A stretch of DNA of 46,125 nucleotides from Puniceicoccales bacterium (GTDB lineage: Bacteria; Verrucomicrobiota; Verrucomicrobiia; Opitutales; JAIRLM01): positions 1-46,125 of the forward strand of contig JAIRMB010000061.1 in NCBI GenBank assembly GCA_031258995.1. The letters run 5' to 3'. The position numbers were made by a program, and so were the translations under genes. Under the pieces are notes generated by a model, which saw only the letters and a program-made list of their open reading frames with translations, was not told where the DNA came from and did not search any database. Below are positions 24,308 through 36,100 of this stretch, in pieces. The first letter of the stretch is position 1. Each line of letters opens with the position of its first letter.

Positions 24308-24556
24308 TCAACAGATTTCTGGCTCTTTCTGTGGAGAAATTTTTCGCAAATTGGATCGGTGGATCGGTGTTTCCATTTCCAAAATTGCCCCTTCCGGGTG
24401 TCTCGCGGACTTCTTCACGCAAACTTTGCGCATCCGCACGCCGGAAACTTGAAAACGACTTCCACCTTCCAGGATACAGCAAATTTTGCCTCGCATGCCT
24501 CGGCCATCGCCCGCAATCACTTCCGCCTCATCGCCGATGCGCAAAAACGCCTTCAT
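24308..24556 (-). CDS. rplX: 50S ribosomal protein L24 (short)
   Basis: 82 aa. KOW-like GDEAEVIAGDGRGMRGKI. Positioned between rplN and rplE. Confidence 0.85.
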   Translation of the reverse strand: MKAFLRIGDEAEVIAGDGRGMRGKICCILEGGSRFQVSGVRMRKVCVKKSARHPEGAILEMETPIHRSNLRKISPQKEPEIC

Positions 24557-24919
24557 TTACAAAACCTCCTGAGCCAGGGACGCAATTTTCGGAAACCCTT
24601 GACGTACTTCCTTTGCTATCGCTCCAAAAACGCGAGTTCCCCGCGGCCCTCCCTTATCGTCAATCAGCACGCACGCATTTCTGTCAAAGCGCAAATCGCC
24701 TCCGCTCGGCCGACGGATCCAATGGCGCGTGCGCACCACAACTGCTTTCGCAACGGTTCCCTTTTTGACCGTAGCCTCCGGTATGCTGGATTTTATCGCC
24801 ACTACAATCGTATCCCCGACGGCCGCCGTACGCTTATTCTGTCCCAGTCGTCGTATCATAAGGGCGGAACGGGCCCCAGTGTTGTCCGCAACATCTAATA
24901 CGCTCTCTTGCTGAATCAT
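24557..24919 (-). CDS. rplN: 50S ribosomal protein L14
   Basis: The ATG at 24919 gives MIQQESVLDVADNTGA..., 120 aa. Confidence 0.95.
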   Translation of the reverse strand: MIQQESVLDVADNTGARSALMIRRLGQNKRTAAVGDTIVVAIKSSIPEATVKKGTVAKAVVVRTRHWIRRPSGGDLRFDRNACVLIDDKGGPRGTRVFGAIAKEVRQGFPKIASLAQEVL

Positions 24920-24942
24920 AACACCGCTCCCAATGGCACTTC

Positions 24943-25194
24943 CTAAAGTATTGATGCAACCCGCCAACGCTTTAGCCGGCTAAATGGCCTTGTTTCCACT
25001 ATCTTCACACGATCTCCGACGGAGCAACCGTTATTTTCGTCATGGGCATAGACCACCGTCCTCCGCTTCACTTCTTTCAAATACCTAGAGTGCGGCCCCT
25101 TATAAAAATAAGAAACCTTCACGCTTTTATCTCCAGAGCGACTAGTCACCTCACCTATTAAAGATTTTCTAAATTTTCGTCCATTAATATTCAT
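24943..25194 (-). CDS. rpsQ: 30S ribosomal protein S17
   Basis: GEVTSRSGDKSVKV...YAHDENNGCSVGDRVKIVETRPFSRLKRW. Confidence 0.95.
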   Translation of the reverse strand: MNINGRKFRKSLIGEVTSRSGDKSVKVSYFYKGPHSRYLKEVKRRTVVYAHDENNGCSVGDRVKIVETRPFSRLKRWRVASIL

Positions 25195-25203
25195 GACCGC
25201 ACC

Positions 25204-25398
25204 CTATCCCTTTTGGGCTCTCTCCCGTAGAATTGTTTCAATTCGGGCAATGTCACGCCGAAGCAAAGGAAATTGGTGATGCTTTTCAGTCGGTCCGGAA
25301 CGACGGCGTAAATGCAGGCGTAACAATTCATTACGTCGTTCATTTAGTCGCCCGATCAAATCCTCATCGCAAAACGATCTGAATTCTTTTGCCTTCAT
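25204..25398 (-). CDS. rpmC: 50S ribosomal protein L29
   Basis: The ATG at 25398 gives MKAKEFRSFCDEDLIGRLNERRNELLRL..., 64 aa. Confidence 0.9.
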   Translation of the reverse strand: MKAKEFRSFCDEDLIGRLNERRNELLRLHLRRRSGPTEKHHQFPLLRRDIARIETILRERAQKG

Positions 25399-25399
25399 G

Positions 25400-25828
25400 T
25401 CAAAATCGCTCCCGTTCTTCGCGCGATAAAAAACGGCACTCGAATGGCACTTTGCCGTCGGCAAGCCTCATTGCCTCGCGAGCTAAAGTCGGAGAAACGC
25501 CGGAAACCTCAAACAGCACATTCCCCGGCCGCACCACTACCGCCCAAAATTCCACCGCCCCTTTTCCTTGGCCCATGCGTGTCTCCGCCGGCTTGCGCGT
25601 AACCGGCTTCTGCGGAAACACTCGCATCCAAACCTTGCCCCTACGCTTCAAGTGCCGATTGATGGCCACGCGGGCTGCCTCGAGCTGAGACGCACTCAAA
25701 AGGCCCCGCTCTAAGGCCTGAATGCCAAAATCCCCGAAAGAAAGCACAGACCCGCTCGTCGCCCGATGCCGATTGCGCCCTTTGTGTACCTTTCGAAACT
25801 TCACATTTGCTGGCAATAAACTCGCCAT
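25400..25828 (-). CDS. rplP: 50S ribosomal protein L16
   Basis: LLPANVKFRKVHKGRNRH...RMGQGKGAVEFW. Confidence 0.95.
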   Translation of the reverse strand: MASLLPANVKFRKVHKGRNRHRATSGSVLSFGDFGIQALERGLLSASQLEAARVAINRHLKRRGKVWMRVFPQKPVTRKPAETRMGQGKGAVEFWAVVVRPGNVLFEVSGVSPTLAREAMRLADGKVPFECRFLSREERERF

Positions 25829-25834
25829 CTCTAC

Positions 25835-26515
25835 CTACCTTTCCGTTCGAACTAACCCGCCGCCAGACTGCTGCAATTGAAATGATTCTCGCTCCTGAGA
25901 ACAAAGGCTCAACCAGCATTTTACTCCAATTGTCCCGTAAGTTGTCTCGGCCACAACCAACGCATAGTCAATTTCTTTTCGCAATTCATGCAACGGCATG
26001 CTGCCGTCACGCCGCGACTCCGTCCGAGCAATCTCCGCTCCGCCGAGGCGGCCGGAACATTGAATTTTCACACCTTGCGCCCCAGCGGCCATGGAAAGCT
26101 GCACAGCTTTTTTGATCGCTCTGCGGAAGGGAATGCGTCTCTCCAACTGAGAGGCAACACCCTCCGCGACCAGCCGGGCAACTAATTCCGGTTTTTTTAT
26201 TTCTTGCACATCAATAAGAACGTCACTTCCAATTTTCTTCTTCAATTTTGAGCACAAAAGCTCCAATTCTTGTCCCTTCCGGCCCAAAACTACGCCGGGA
26301 CGAGGGGTATGAATTTTGATGCGAATTTTTCCCCCAGCTCTTTCTATGAAAACTTTGGCTACCGAAGCAAAGCGTAGCTGCTTAAAAAGAAATTGGCGAA
26401 TAATGAAATCCTCATAGATCCAAATCGAGTAGGATTTTTTATCGCCGTACCAGCGCGACTGCCAATTCCGCTGGACGCCCAGCCGGAAGCTAATTGGATT
26501 AACCTTTTGCCCCAT
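25835..26515 (-). CDS. rpsC: 30S ribosomal protein S3
   Basis: MGQKVNPISFRLGVQRNWQSRWY...; 226 aa. Confidence 0.95.
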   Translation of the reverse strand: MGQKVNPISFRLGVQRNWQSRWYGDKKSYSIWIYEDFIIRQFLFKQLRFASVAKVFIERAGGKIRIKIHTPRPGVVLGRKGQELELLCSKLKKKIGSDVLIDVQEIKKPELVARLVAEGVASQLERRIPFRRAIKKAVQLSMAAGAQGVKIQCSGRLGGAEIARTESRRDGSMPLHELRKEIDYALVVAETTYGTIGVKCWLSLCSQERESFQLQQSGGGLVRTER

Positions 26516-26519
26516 GGTG

Positions 26520-26858
26520 CTATACCTGTCGATCGGCGAGGATTACGCGGATATGGCTGGTCCGCTTACGAATTGGATGGGCGGAACCTTTTGCTGCCGG
26601 AATGTGTCGTTTCATTGTTACACCTTCTTCAATAATTACACTGTCAATCAGTAAATGCTCTTCCGCAACATTTGCATTATTCTCTGCGTTCGCAATGGCA
26701 CTACGCAGCACTTTCTCTATCATTCGTGCCGGCTTGCGAGGAATAAAACGCAAAAGATCACGGCCATCCCTGGCGGATCTGCCACGGAGGACGCGGGCGA
26801 CCTGGCGCAACTTCGGCGGCGACACGCGCACGGTAAATGCTGTAGCTTTGTATTTCAT
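26520..26858 (-). CDS. rplV: 50S ribosomal protein L22
   Basis: VRVSPPKLRQVARVLRG...IDSVIIEEGVTMKR..PAAKGSAHPIRKRTSHI. Confidence 0.95.
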   Translation of the reverse strand: MKYKATAFTVRVSPPKLRQVARVLRGRSARDGRDLLRFIPRKPARMIEKVLRSAIANAENNANVAEEHLLIDSVIIEEGVTMKRHIPAAKGSAHPIRKRTSHIRVILADRQV

Positions 26859-26875
26859 GGAGTTTGCGAAATATT

Positions 26876-27145
26876 CTACTTTTGCGTATGCGGATTATGT
26901 CCCTTAAAAGTGCGAGTTGGAGCGAATTCTCCGAGCTTGTGGCCCACCATATTCTCCGTCACACGAACCAACAAAAACGTCTTCCCGTTATGCACCTCAA
27001 AATTCAGACCAACAAAATCCGGCGTCACAGTCGATCGCCGCGACCACGTGCGGATCGGCTTATGCGATCCGCTTCGCGCGGCAAGATCAATCTTGGCCAT
27101 TAGCGGGGGATCTGCGTAAAATCCTTTCTTAGTGGAACGACCCAT
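26876..27145 (-). CDS. rpsS: 30S ribosomal protein S19
   Basis: [13 protein letters not shown]...[40 protein letters not shown]. Confidence 0.95.
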   Translation of the reverse strand: MGRSTKKGFYADPPLMAKIDLAARSGSHKPIRTWSRRSTVTPDFVGLNFEVHNGKTFLLVRVTENMVGHKLGEFAPTRTFKGHNPHTQK

Positions 27146-27152
27146 CTCTAAA

Positions 27153-28007
27153 TTACCTCCGTTTCATCTTTCTACCACTGCGCCGCACTAAAATCGTCGC
27201 ATCTGAATTTTTCCTTCGCTTGCGCGTCGGTAAGCCCTTCGCCAACTGCCCCCACGGCGAAACGGGATGACCGCCGCCGGACGTACGTCCCTCACCTCCG
27301 CCCATGGGATGATCAACGGGATTCATGGCAACTCCACGCACGCGAGGGCGGAGCCCTAGCCAACGGCTACGACCAGCTTTACCTAGGGACTGCTGATTGT
27401 GCTCACCATTGCTAAGTACGCCGATGGTCGCCCTACAGCGGGCATCCACATGACGAATTTCGCCACTCGGCAACTTCAAGGTAGCCCGCCCCGATTCGAC
27501 GGCAAGAACTTGCGCAGAAGTGCCCGCACCGCGCACCAGCTGCGCCCCCTTCCCGGGTAGCAATTCCACGCAATGGACCGGCATAGCCAACGGAATCAGA
27601 ACAAGAGGAAGGGCAAGGCCAGCGGTAAAATCATCTGGCTTTTCATTGAGACTCCGGACGACAGAGCCCACCGGTAAATTCTGCGGCGCGGGAATATAGC
27701 GCTTTTCGCCGTCGGCATAGGCCAAAAGGGCAATATGGCACGAACGATTCGGGTCATATTCAATAGACTGCACGCGCGCAGGCACATCAATTTTATCGCG
27801 CCTATAGTCCAAAATACGCAGAAGGCGACCGTGCCCTCCCCCACGCCTTCGCATTGTAATCCGGCCATAGCAGTTACGCCCATCCGATCGACACCTTCTC
27901 CTCTTATCGACGAGAGAGCGAAACGGCCGCACGGCAGAAACCGCCGATCTGCCGATTGCTTTAAAACGGCAGCCTGACGTAACCGGATTGCAAAAAATGA
28001 TGGCCAT
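27153..28007 (-). CDS. rplB: 50S ribosomal protein L2
   Basis: [19 protein letters not shown]...[22 protein letters not shown]; 284 aa. Confidence 0.95.
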   Translation of the reverse strand: MAIIFCNPVTSGCRFKAIGRSAVSAVRPFRSLVDKRRRCRSDGRNCYGRITMRRRGGGHGRLLRILDYRRDKIDVPARVQSIEYDPNRSCHIALLAYADGEKRYIPAPQNLPVGSVVRSLNEKPDDFTAGLALPLVLIPLAMPVHCVELLPGKGAQLVRGAGTSAQVLAVESGRATLKLPSGEIRHVDARCRATIGVLSNGEHNQQSLGKAGRSRWLGLRPRVRGVAMNPVDHPMGGGEGRTSGGGHPVSPWGQLAKGLPTRKRRKNSDATILVRRSGRKMKRR

Positions 28008-28018
28008 GGGCGAAAATC

Positions 28019-28324
28019 CTAGAGAATCTCAATCTTGTCCCCGGAACGAAACAACACAAATGCTTTACGCACTGCTGGTCGTCGAATCATAGTAGGTTTA
28101 CTCTTGCGCGACGAGCGGTGGCGTTTCAGCTTGCCCTTCTGCACCAGTGTCCTTACCCCCACGGGACGAAGACCAAATGTCTGCCAGACGGTTCGCATGA
28201 TCTGCTGCTTCGAAGCGCTACCGTCTACTTCGAACGTAAAACAATTTTTCGTAGCGGAAAGAAAACTGGCTTTTTCCGTCAACCGAAAAACCTTCAATAT
28301 ACTGCACGTATGGCCCATTTTCAT
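28019..28324 (-). CDS. rplW: 50S ribosomal protein L23
   Basis: The ATG at 28324 overlaps the rplD TGA (ATGA). 101 aa. LKVFRLTEKASFL...FTFEVDGSASKQQI. Confidence 0.9.
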   Translation of the reverse strand: MKMGHTCSILKVFRLTEKASFLSATKNCFTFEVDGSASKQQIMRTVWQTFGLRPVGVRTLVQKGKLKRHRSSRKSKPTMIRRPAVRKAFVLFRSGDKIEIL

Positions 28325-28962
28325 CCCACTGAATTCAAAAGATTGGTGCGAGCTAAAACAGACTCCAATGCGCTCTCGGTTGCGACAACACGGGAAACAG
28401 CGCATACGTCTAAAGCGTTCAACGTCCCCGCTTCTACCACATAAACGTCGGGTATGTTTCGGACGGCCAACAACATATTTCGATCGAATCGATCATCGAC
28501 CAACAGAACTCCTCCTTCGGCTAACTTCATATTCTGCAAGAGTGTTTTTGCTGCACGGGTCCTTGGCTCGGCAAGCGAAAAATTTTTAATAACCAGCAGA
28601 CGGCCTTCGGCGGCCTTCACGGATAAGCTGCTCACGAGCGCCTTTTTGCGCATCTTTTTATTAATCTTTATCTCATAATTTTTCGTCTGCGAACCGAATA
28701 CGACACCGCCGCCACGCCAAATGGGGCTCCTCTTTTCACCATGGCGCGCCATCCCCGTTCCTTTTTGTCGATACGGCTTTCTTCCGGAACCGCTTACGTT
28801 CGCCCGCGATTTTGTTCGCGCGTCCCCCTGGCGAGAATTGGACTGATAGGCAAGCAGCACCGACCGCAGAAGCGGATCTATCCGCTTCGTATCGATCGGC
28901 AGCAAGGCAACCTCCTTCCGTCCGCAAGAAGAACCATCCGACTCAAAACACTCCACTTCCAC
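28321..28962 (-). CDS. rplD: 50S ribosomal protein L4
   Basis: SRANVSGSGRKPYRQKGTGMARHG..RSPIWRGGGVVFG; 213 aa. Confidence 0.95.
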   Translation of the reverse strand: MEVECFESDGSSCGRKEVALLPIDTKRIDPLLRSVLLAYQSNSRQGDARTKSRANVSGSGRKPYRQKGTGMARHGEKRSPIWRGGGVVFGSQTKNYEIKINKKMRKKALVSSLSVKAAEGRLLVIKNFSLAEPRTRAAKTLLQNMKLAEGGVLLVDDRFDRNMLLAVRNIPDVYVVEAGTLNALDVCAVSRVVATESALESVLARTNLLNSVG

Positions 28963-28967
28963 CGCAC

Positions 28968-29612
28968 CTACCCCTTTTTAGCCGTACGAATCATAAGAAG
29001 CCCACCGTTGGCACCGGCCACACTCCCGCGCACAAAAAACAATCCCCGATCTGCATAGATGCGCGCAATCTTAAGATTTTGCGTAGTACGTCTTTCTCCT
29101 CCCATGCGGCCGGGCATTTTCCTTCCAGGATAGATGCGCCCAGGCTCCTCCCGCTGTCCATAGGATCCGCCACGGCGATGAAACATAGAACCATGACTAG
29201 CGGGACCACCGCTAAAACCATGTCGTTTCATAACTCCCTGGAATCCACGACCTTTCGTTACGCCGACGACGTCTATTAGCTGTCCTTCTTGCAGTAGTGA
29301 TAGATCTAGAATTTCTCCGGGCTTGTACTTTTCACTGTCTGAGACGCGGATCTCTCGGAGAATTTTGTGAGGTTTACAACCGTTTTTGGCGAAGTGACCA
29401 TTTTCCGCACGGGAAAGCCGAAACGATCTAGTCGGCTCTGCACCAATCGAAACGGCCGAGTAGCCATTTCTTTCCAGCGTACGCAACTGCACAACCGTAC
29501 AAGGATTAACGTGAATCGCGGTTGTCACGACGGCATTTCCTAGAACGTCGTTTACCCGGGTCATGCCTAATTTACGACCGAACAGCAGAATTGCTCTCTT
29601 TTTTTCTTCCAT
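28968..29612 (-). CDS. rplC: 50S ribosomal protein L3
   Basis: LFGRKLGMTRV...VVGVTKGRGFQGVMKRHGFSGGPASHGS.FHRR.GS.G; 214 aa. Confidence 0.95.
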   Translation of the reverse strand: MEEKKRAILLFGRKLGMTRVNDVLGNAVVTTAIHVNPCTVVQLRTLERNGYSAVSIGAEPTRSFRLSRAENGHFAKNGCKPHKILREIRVSDSEKYKPGEILDLSLLQEGQLIDVVGVTKGRGFQGVMKRHGFSGGPASHGSMFHRRGGSYGQREEPGRIYPGRKMPGRMGGERRTTQNLKIARIYADRGLFFVRGSVAGANGGLLMIRTAKKG

Positions 29613-29664
29613 GGCAACAACCCAAACAACGCACGTCCTCTCCCTTTATATCGCCACATCAAAT

Positions 29665-29985
29665 TTAAACAGAAACGGTAATTTCCACGCCAGACGGCAA
29701 GTTCACCCTTTTTAGGGCGGCCATGGTGTCGGCATTTGGATCCACGATGTCAATCATCCTTTTATGCGTCCGCACTTCAAATTGCTCAGCTGACTTTTTA
29801 TCTTTATGGGGCGAGCGATTTACAGAAAATTTTTCGATCCACGTGGGCATGGGAATCGGCCCAACGGCGCAGGTCCCGGACCGCTTCACCGTTTCCACGA
29901 TATCCATCGATGCTCGATCGACGAGGCGGTGATCAAAGCCGCGAACGCGTATTCGAATTTTCTGTCGTTTTTTTTGCTGTGCCAT
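29665..29985 (-). CDS. rpsJ: 30S ribosomal protein S10
   Basis: The ATG at 29985 gives MAQQKKRQKIRIRVRGFDHRLVD...SPHKDKKSAEQFEVRTHKR. Confidence 0.95.
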   Translation of the reverse strand: MAQQKKRQKIRIRVRGFDHRLVDRASMDIVETVKRSGTCAVGPIPMPTWIEKFSVNRSPHKDKKSAEQFEVRTHKRMIDIVDPNADTMAALKRVNLPSGVEITVSV

Positions 29986-30032
29986 AATACCACGCGTCCC
30001 CAACTATTTTGTCATCTACACCCAACCACCAA

Positions 30033-32186
30033 CTAAATCGACCGCGCCGCCGTTTTTACGGAATGTTCCAATATTTTATCCAAAACCGACTGAGGCACCT
30101 GCGCGAAGTGAGACGGCTCCATCGAGTAGGACGCTCTGCCTTTCGACAGTGAACGCACGTCGGTCGCGTAGCCAAACATCGCCTCTAACGGAACAAAAGC
30201 AATGGCCGCACAAAGTCCACCCTTGTTGTCCATATTTTGAATTTGCCCGCGGCGACGATTCAGATCCCCGACGACATCGCCCTGGTGCTCCTCCGGCATC
30301 GCCACTTCCACCTTCATTATGGGCTCCAACAGAATGGGTTGAGCTTTGCGCATTGCCTCTTTAAAGCCGAAAATCCCTGCCATTTTGAAGGCCAACTCGG
30401 AGGAGTCCACTTCATGAAAACTGCCATCTATGATGCGGGCAGTAAAGTCGACGACAGGGTAGCCGGCCAAAACGCCGCCCTGCGCCCCCTCCAAGATGCC
30501 ATCCTCTACCGGTTTTATGTATTCCTTAGGAATAACTCCCCCCACAATTTCACTAACGACTTGCACTCCACTGCCTTTTTCCGTCGGCTCTAACACGATA
30601 ACCGCATGGCCATACTGTCCGCGGCCACCGGATTGGCGAATGAACTTTCCCTCGCCTTCCGCTCGCACGGTAATTGTTTCGCGATAAGCGATTCTTGGCT
30701 TTCCCGCGGTCGCCTCCACTTTAAACTCTCGAAACAGTCGGTCGCGAATAATATCCAAATGCAACTCTCCCATACCGGAGATCAATGTCTGCTTTGTTTC
30801 TGCTTCGGATGAAATGCGGAAGGTGGGATCCTCTTCCGCGAGGCGTCGCAGGGCGAGGGAAAGTTTTTCCTGATCGGCCTTCGACTTAGGCTCGATGGAC
30901 ATGCTGATGACCGGCTCCGGAAAGGTGGGCGGCTCCAACCGGATGTCCCAGTCTTTGTCACACAACGTATCGCCAGTCACAACAGACTTAACTCCTACTA
31001 CGGCACAAATATCGCCAGAATAGGCTACATCGATGTCTTCCCGCTGGTCCGCCTTCATAACAACAAGACGACTGACGCGCTCCGTCTTACGCGTACGCGA
31101 GTTGTAGACGACTTCCCCCTTTTTCAGCTGACCGGCATAGACACGACAGAAAACCAGTTTACCTACATAGGGATCATGAGCAATTTTGAAGGCGAGCGTT
31201 GCCATCTTTTCACCATCGCCGGGCTCAACACTAACCGCTGCGCCATCATCTTTAAATCCTGAAACCGGAGGAAGATCACACGGATTTGGAAGATAGTCTA
31301 CAATGGCATCCACCACCATCTGCACGCCCCGATTTTTGAACGCACTTCCGGGGATAACACCGACAAAATTTAAGGAAATGGTTGCACTGCGAATGGCCCG
31401 CCGCAGTTCCTCCTCGCTCACTTCGGCACCCTCGAGATACTTCTCTGCGAGAGCGTCATCAGAATCAATGAGAGTTTCAACTAAGTCCATGCGAAAGCGG
31501 CGCGCGCGCTCCATCTCATCTGCCGGTACCTCTACGTCCTGGAAACGAATCCCCTCCTTATCGGTTTCATCGTAAATGTAGGCCCGCATGCGGACTAAAT
31601 CAATAAGGCCGGTAAAATTTTCCTCCGAGCCCACATTTAAAAAAAGTGGATGCGCATTACCGCCCAATTTTTTGCGAATATCATCGACGGCACCTAAAAA
31701 ATTCGCGCCCGTGCGGTCCATCTTGTTGATAAAGGCAATGCGGGGAACGCGATACTTATCCATCTGCCGCCAAACTGTTTCCGACTGCGGCTGCACGCCC
31801 GCCACCGCACAAAAAACTGCCACACAGCCATCCAGCACGCGGAGGGAGCGCTCCACCTCTGCCGTAAAATCCACATGGCCGGGCGTATCGATGATGTTAA
31901 TACGGTGAGGGATGCCGGCAAAATTCCCATATTTCGCCGTCCACCCACAAGAAATGGCCGCCGACGTAATAGTAATACCTCGCTCCCGCTCCTGCTCCAT
32001 CCAATCTGTAACAGCCGTGCCATCATGAACTTCTCCGACCTTATGAATAACCCCCGTATAGAACAGAATACGCTCAGTTGTGGTCGTTTTCCCCGCATCT
32101 ATATGGGCGGCAACTCCAATGTTACGCGTACGCTCAAGCGTATACTTACGATCCGGAGAATTTCTACTGGAATCCTGCTGCGCCAC
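30033..32186 (-). CDS. fusA: elongation factor G
   Basis: [22 protein letters not shown] and the domain IV/V motifs. The GTG at 32186 has a GAGGG SD. An alternative TTG at 32228 overlaps the rpsG end. The start is uncertain. Confidence 0.9.
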   Translation of the reverse strand: MAQQDSSRNSPDRKYTLERTRNIGVAAHIDAGKTTTTERILFYTGVIHKVGEVHDGTAVTDWMEQERERGITITSAAISCGWTAKYGNFAGIPHRINIIDTPGHVDFTAEVERSLRVLDGCVAVFCAVAGVQPQSETVWRQMDKYRVPRIAFINKMDRTGANFLGAVDDIRKKLGGNAHPLFLNVGSEENFTGLIDLVRMRAYIYDETDKEGIRFQDVEVPADEMERARRFRMDLVETLIDSDDALAEKYLEGAEVSEEELRRAIRSATISLNFVGVIPGSAFKNRGVQMVVDAIVDYLPNPCDLPPVSGFKDDGAAVSVEPGDGEKMATLAFKIAHDPYVGKLVFCRVYAGQLKKGEVVYNSRTRKTERVSRLVVMKADQREDIDVAYSGDICAVVGVKSVVTGDTLCDKDWDIRLEPPTFPEPVISMSIEPKSKADQEKLSLALRRLAEEDPTFRISSEAETKQTLISGMGELHLDIIRDRLFREFKVEATAGKPRIAYRETITVRAEGEGKFIRQSGGRGQYGHAVIVLEPTEKGSGVQVVSEIVGGVIPKEYIKPVEDGILEGAQGGVLAGYPVVDFTARIIDGSFHEVDSSELAFKMAGIFGFKEAMRKAQPILLEPIMKVEVAMPEEHQGDVVGDLNRRRGQIQNMDNKGGLCAAIAFVPLEAMFGYATDVRSLSKGRASYSMEPSHFAQVPQSVLDKILEHSVKTAARSI

Positions 32187-32221
32187 AACACCGCCCTCTT
32201 TTTCTTTGCAATAGCGCTCTA

Positions 32222-32695
32222 TCACCAATTGAAATGGGCAAAGGCCCGATTAGCTTGCGCCATTTTATGCACGTCCTCACGTTTTTTTACGGCGAGTCCA
32301 GTATTATTATGCGCATCAATGATCTCTAACGCCAAAGCTTCCTCCATCCCCATTCCTTTGCGCACTTTGGCAAAGCCAATGAGCCAACGGAAAGCCAAAG
32401 TCTGTTGGCGCGCGTAGGGCACTTCGACGGGCACCTGATAGGTCGCCCCCCCCACCCGCCGACTCTTTACTTCCAATTTTGGCTGAACATTCTCTGCCGC
32501 AGTCAATAAAATCTCGACGGGATCGCCTTTGGCTAACTTTTCACTGGCCCGCTCGATGGCACCGTAGACGATGCGCCGAGCCACGGATTTTTTTCCACAG
32601 CGCGTAACCATATTGATCAACTGACCAATGATGGCACTTTGGAACTTCGCATCCGGTGCGACGGACCGCTTCTGCGTTCTATGGCGACGAGACAT
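32222..32695 (-). CDS. rpsG: 30S ribosomal protein S7
   Basis: [10 protein letters not shown]...[13 protein letters not shown]...; 157 aa. Confidence 0.95.
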   Translation of the reverse strand: MSRRHRTQKRSVAPDAKFQSAIIGQLINMVTRCGKKSVARRIVYGAIERASEKLAKGDPVEILLTAAENVQPKLEVKSRRVGGATYQVPVEVPYARQQTLAFRWLIGFAKVRKGMGMEEALALEIIDAHNNTGLAVKKREDVHKMAQANRAFAHFNW

Positions 32696-32712
32696 GTTTT
32701 TTCTCCTACTGC

Positions 32713-33093
32713 TTACTTTTTGGCCTTCGGTCGTTTTACGCCGTATTTCGACCGACTGCGGCGACGTTTCTCTACGCCATTACAATCGAGAGCGCCTCGA
32801 ACGACGTGGTAGCGCACGCCGGGCAAATCCTTCACGCGCCCTCCCCGCAAAAGAACAATGCTATGCTCCTGCAGAGAATGCCCTTCATCGGGAATATAGG
32901 CAATCACTTCGCTCCCAGTCGTTAGTCGCACCTTCGCCACCTTACGAATGGCGGAATTTGGCTTTTTAGGCGTGCGCGTCGTAACCTGCACACAGACGCC
33001 GCGGCGAAAGGGACAGCGGACAAGCGCCGGCGACTTAGACTTTACGCGGACGGCCCGCCGTGGATTTCGTATCAGCTGATTGATTGTCGGCAT
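32713..33093 (-). CDS. rpsL: 30S ribosomal protein S12
   Basis: MPTINQLIR...[46 protein letters not shown]. Confidence 0.97.
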   Translation of the reverse strand: MPTINQLIRNPRRAVRVKSKSPALVRCPFRRGVCVQVTTRTPKKPNSAIRKVAKVRLTTGSEVIAYIPDEGHSLQEHSIVLLRGGRVKDLPGVRYHVVRGALDCNGVEKRRRSRSKYGVKRPKAKK

Positions 33094-33176
33094 ACTTCCC
33101 TGTCCTTAGAACACCCTACCGCTCCGTAGAAAGCACCGCAGAATGGCGTGGCAAACATTTTTTCTCAAAAAAACGC

Positions 33177-36100
33177 CTAAATTTCGGCGATTTCGCCTGT
33201 CTCCTCCAACTCCACGATAAGATCCTCTTCGCCAAAAGTTTTTGTCGGCATCGCCAAATAATCTTCGCTGTCGCGCACAAGGAGCACTGGCCTAAGTTTA
33301 CGATACTTAGGCAATCCAGTGCCGGCTGGAATGTGGTGGCCCATGATAATATTTTCCTTAAATCCTCGCAATGGATCGGTACGGAATAGGGTTGCCGCAT
33401 CGGTTAGCACCCGAGTCGTTTCCTGGAAAGAGGCGGCAGAAAGAAAGCTGTTCGTTTCCAGCGAAGCTTTGGTAATTCCCAACAGAACGGGCTCCGCTTC
33501 CGCCGGCTGACCGCCCGCTTCTACAATTTTCTGATTAATTTCTTGCAGATCACAGCCGTCGAGTTGATCGCCCCAGAGAAAATCGGAATCTCCCGGCGCA
33601 ACGATGCGGACTCGTCTGAGCATGCGGGCCAATATAATTTCCACATGCTTGTCATTTATGATAACACCTTGAGTGCGATAGACTTTTTGAATTTCGCAGA
33701 GCAAATATTCAAAGGTCGCATGAATGCCTAAAATTTCCAACATGTCGTGCGGATCGACGGCACCATCGGAAAGCAGCTGGCCCTTAACCACAAAATCACC
33801 TTCATGCACAACGATTTGTTTAGATGTCGGAACGAAATGTTCTTCCTTTTGCCCCGTCTCTTGATCCGTTACAATCACACGCCGCTTGTTGCGCAAAATC
33901 CCTCCGATAGACACAATTCCGCTAATTTTCACCATCTCGCCAACATCCTTTGGTCGACGAACTTCAAACAATTCGGCTACGCGGGGTAAACCTCCCGTAA
34001 TGTCTTGCGTTCTTGCAGCGGAGCGGGCTGTCTTCGCCAATAGCGCACCGGCTTCCACATCATCGCCTTCCCGGACTGCAATTTGCGCTCCGGCCGGAAT
34101 GGGATAGGCGGCAATCGCACGCTCTTCTCCGCCCATATCGGAATGAATTTCCACGCAAGGACTCAAATCATCTTTGTGCTCAATGACAACGATCGTTGCA
34201 CCTCCACCGCCATCCGTATCTCGCCGAACCGTTACGCCAGGAATTACGTCTCGAAAACGCACACACCCAGCTTTTTCTGATAAAATCGGCACGTGATGGG
34301 GATCCCAGGCCGCCAAAAGTTGATCCTTCTTTACCCATTCGCCATCGCGAGCAAACAGCACGGAACCAACAACAACTCCGAAGGATTCGATTTCCCGCTC
34401 GCTCTCATCCAACAGACGGATGAAACCGGTCTTATTGAGTACAATGGTGCCCCCACTCGGCGTTTGCACATTACGTAGACCCTCCCAACGCACCCGCCCT
34501 GAGGTACGGGCCCGGTACTGGGGCTGTTTGAGAAGCTGATTAGCCGCCCCGCCGATATGAAAAGTTTTCATAGTGAGCTGCGTACCCGGCTCGCCTATGG
34601 ATTGGGCGGCGATAATGCCCACCGCCATGCCCGCTTCCGCCATGCGATTAGTAGAAAGGTCTATGCCGTAAGCATTTGCCGGAATCCCGTGACGACCCAT
34701 GTGCGTCAGAGGAGAAAGAATCTTTACCCGATTGATGCCGAGTTCCTGAATTCGGCGGGCCACATCGGCCGTAATTAACTGACCACTTCCAACCAGAAGC
34801 TCACTTAAATCGTTCGGATTAAAAATGTCATCGCTGCTACAGCGCCCCGTAATGCGGTCCTCTAAGGAAATAATTTCCTGATCGCCCTCCATGAGGGCCT
34901 GCTTCCACACGCCATTGCGGTTACCGTCGTCCGCGCAAACAATGACACAATCCATGGCCACGTCGCAGAGCTTCCGGGTCATATAGCCGGCGTCTGCAGT
35001 TTTAAGTGCTACATCCGCAAGACCTTTTCGTGCGCCGTGGGTGGATGTGAAATAATCTTGGACCGATAGCCCCTCTCGGAAGGAGGCAAGAATGGGCCGC
35101 TCAACAATTTCACCGGACGGCTTCGCCATAAGGCCCCGCATTCCGCACAGCTGGCGCACCTGTTGGCGATTTCCGCGCGCGCCCGAATCCATCATGAGGT
35201 AGATGGGGTTCATTTCTTCGCGCCCATCGTTACTGCTTAATGACGAAAATACTTCATTCGCGACCTCATCGGTAGCTCCAGTCCATATGTCGACGATTTT
35301 ATTGTAGCGCTCGCCTTCCGTGATAATTCCCTTCGCAAACTGGCGATTTACTTCTGCAACGCGCTTTCGCGCAGATTCTACGACATGTGGCTTACTTTCC
35401 GGAACAATCATGTCCCTAATGCCAATAGAGGCTCCCGACTCCATGGCCATTTGAAAGCCAACATCTTTAAGATTGTCCAAAAGAACGACAAGGGACTGCC
35501 GTTCGACAGTTCGATAGGCGGACATGATGAGTTCGCTCAATTTCGCCTTCCCAACGGGTGCGTTAATAAACCCAATTTGCTCCGGGAGAACGGAATTAAA
35601 AATGACCCGCCCAACGGTCGTTCGGATTACCCGCGATTGCGAATCTCCATAGCAGGTCGTTTTGCCGCGATCGGGATTGCGCAAGGCGATCCAACTATGC
35701 TTCGAAAGTCGTCGCTCCCCATAGGCAAGGAGCACCTCTTCCTTATCGGTCATTAGAGGAAGATGTTGATCTCCGGCCGGTTGCGGACGCGACTGGGCAG
35801 TCAAATAGTAAATTCCCATCACAATATCCTGGGATGGGGTCATGATGGGCTTCCCGCTGGAAGGGGAAAAAATGTTTAAAGTGGACATCATTAACAATTT
35901 GCATTCCATTACGGCCTCGATGGAGAGGGGCACATGGACAGCCATCTGGTCTCCATCGAAGTCCGCATTAAACGCGGTACACACAAGTGGATGAAGATGA
36001 ATTGCCTCTCCTTCGATCAATGTAGGCTCAAAAGCCTGGATAGACAGACGGTGCAGTGTGGGGGCGCGATTAAGAAGGACGGGATGGCCGCGCATGACCT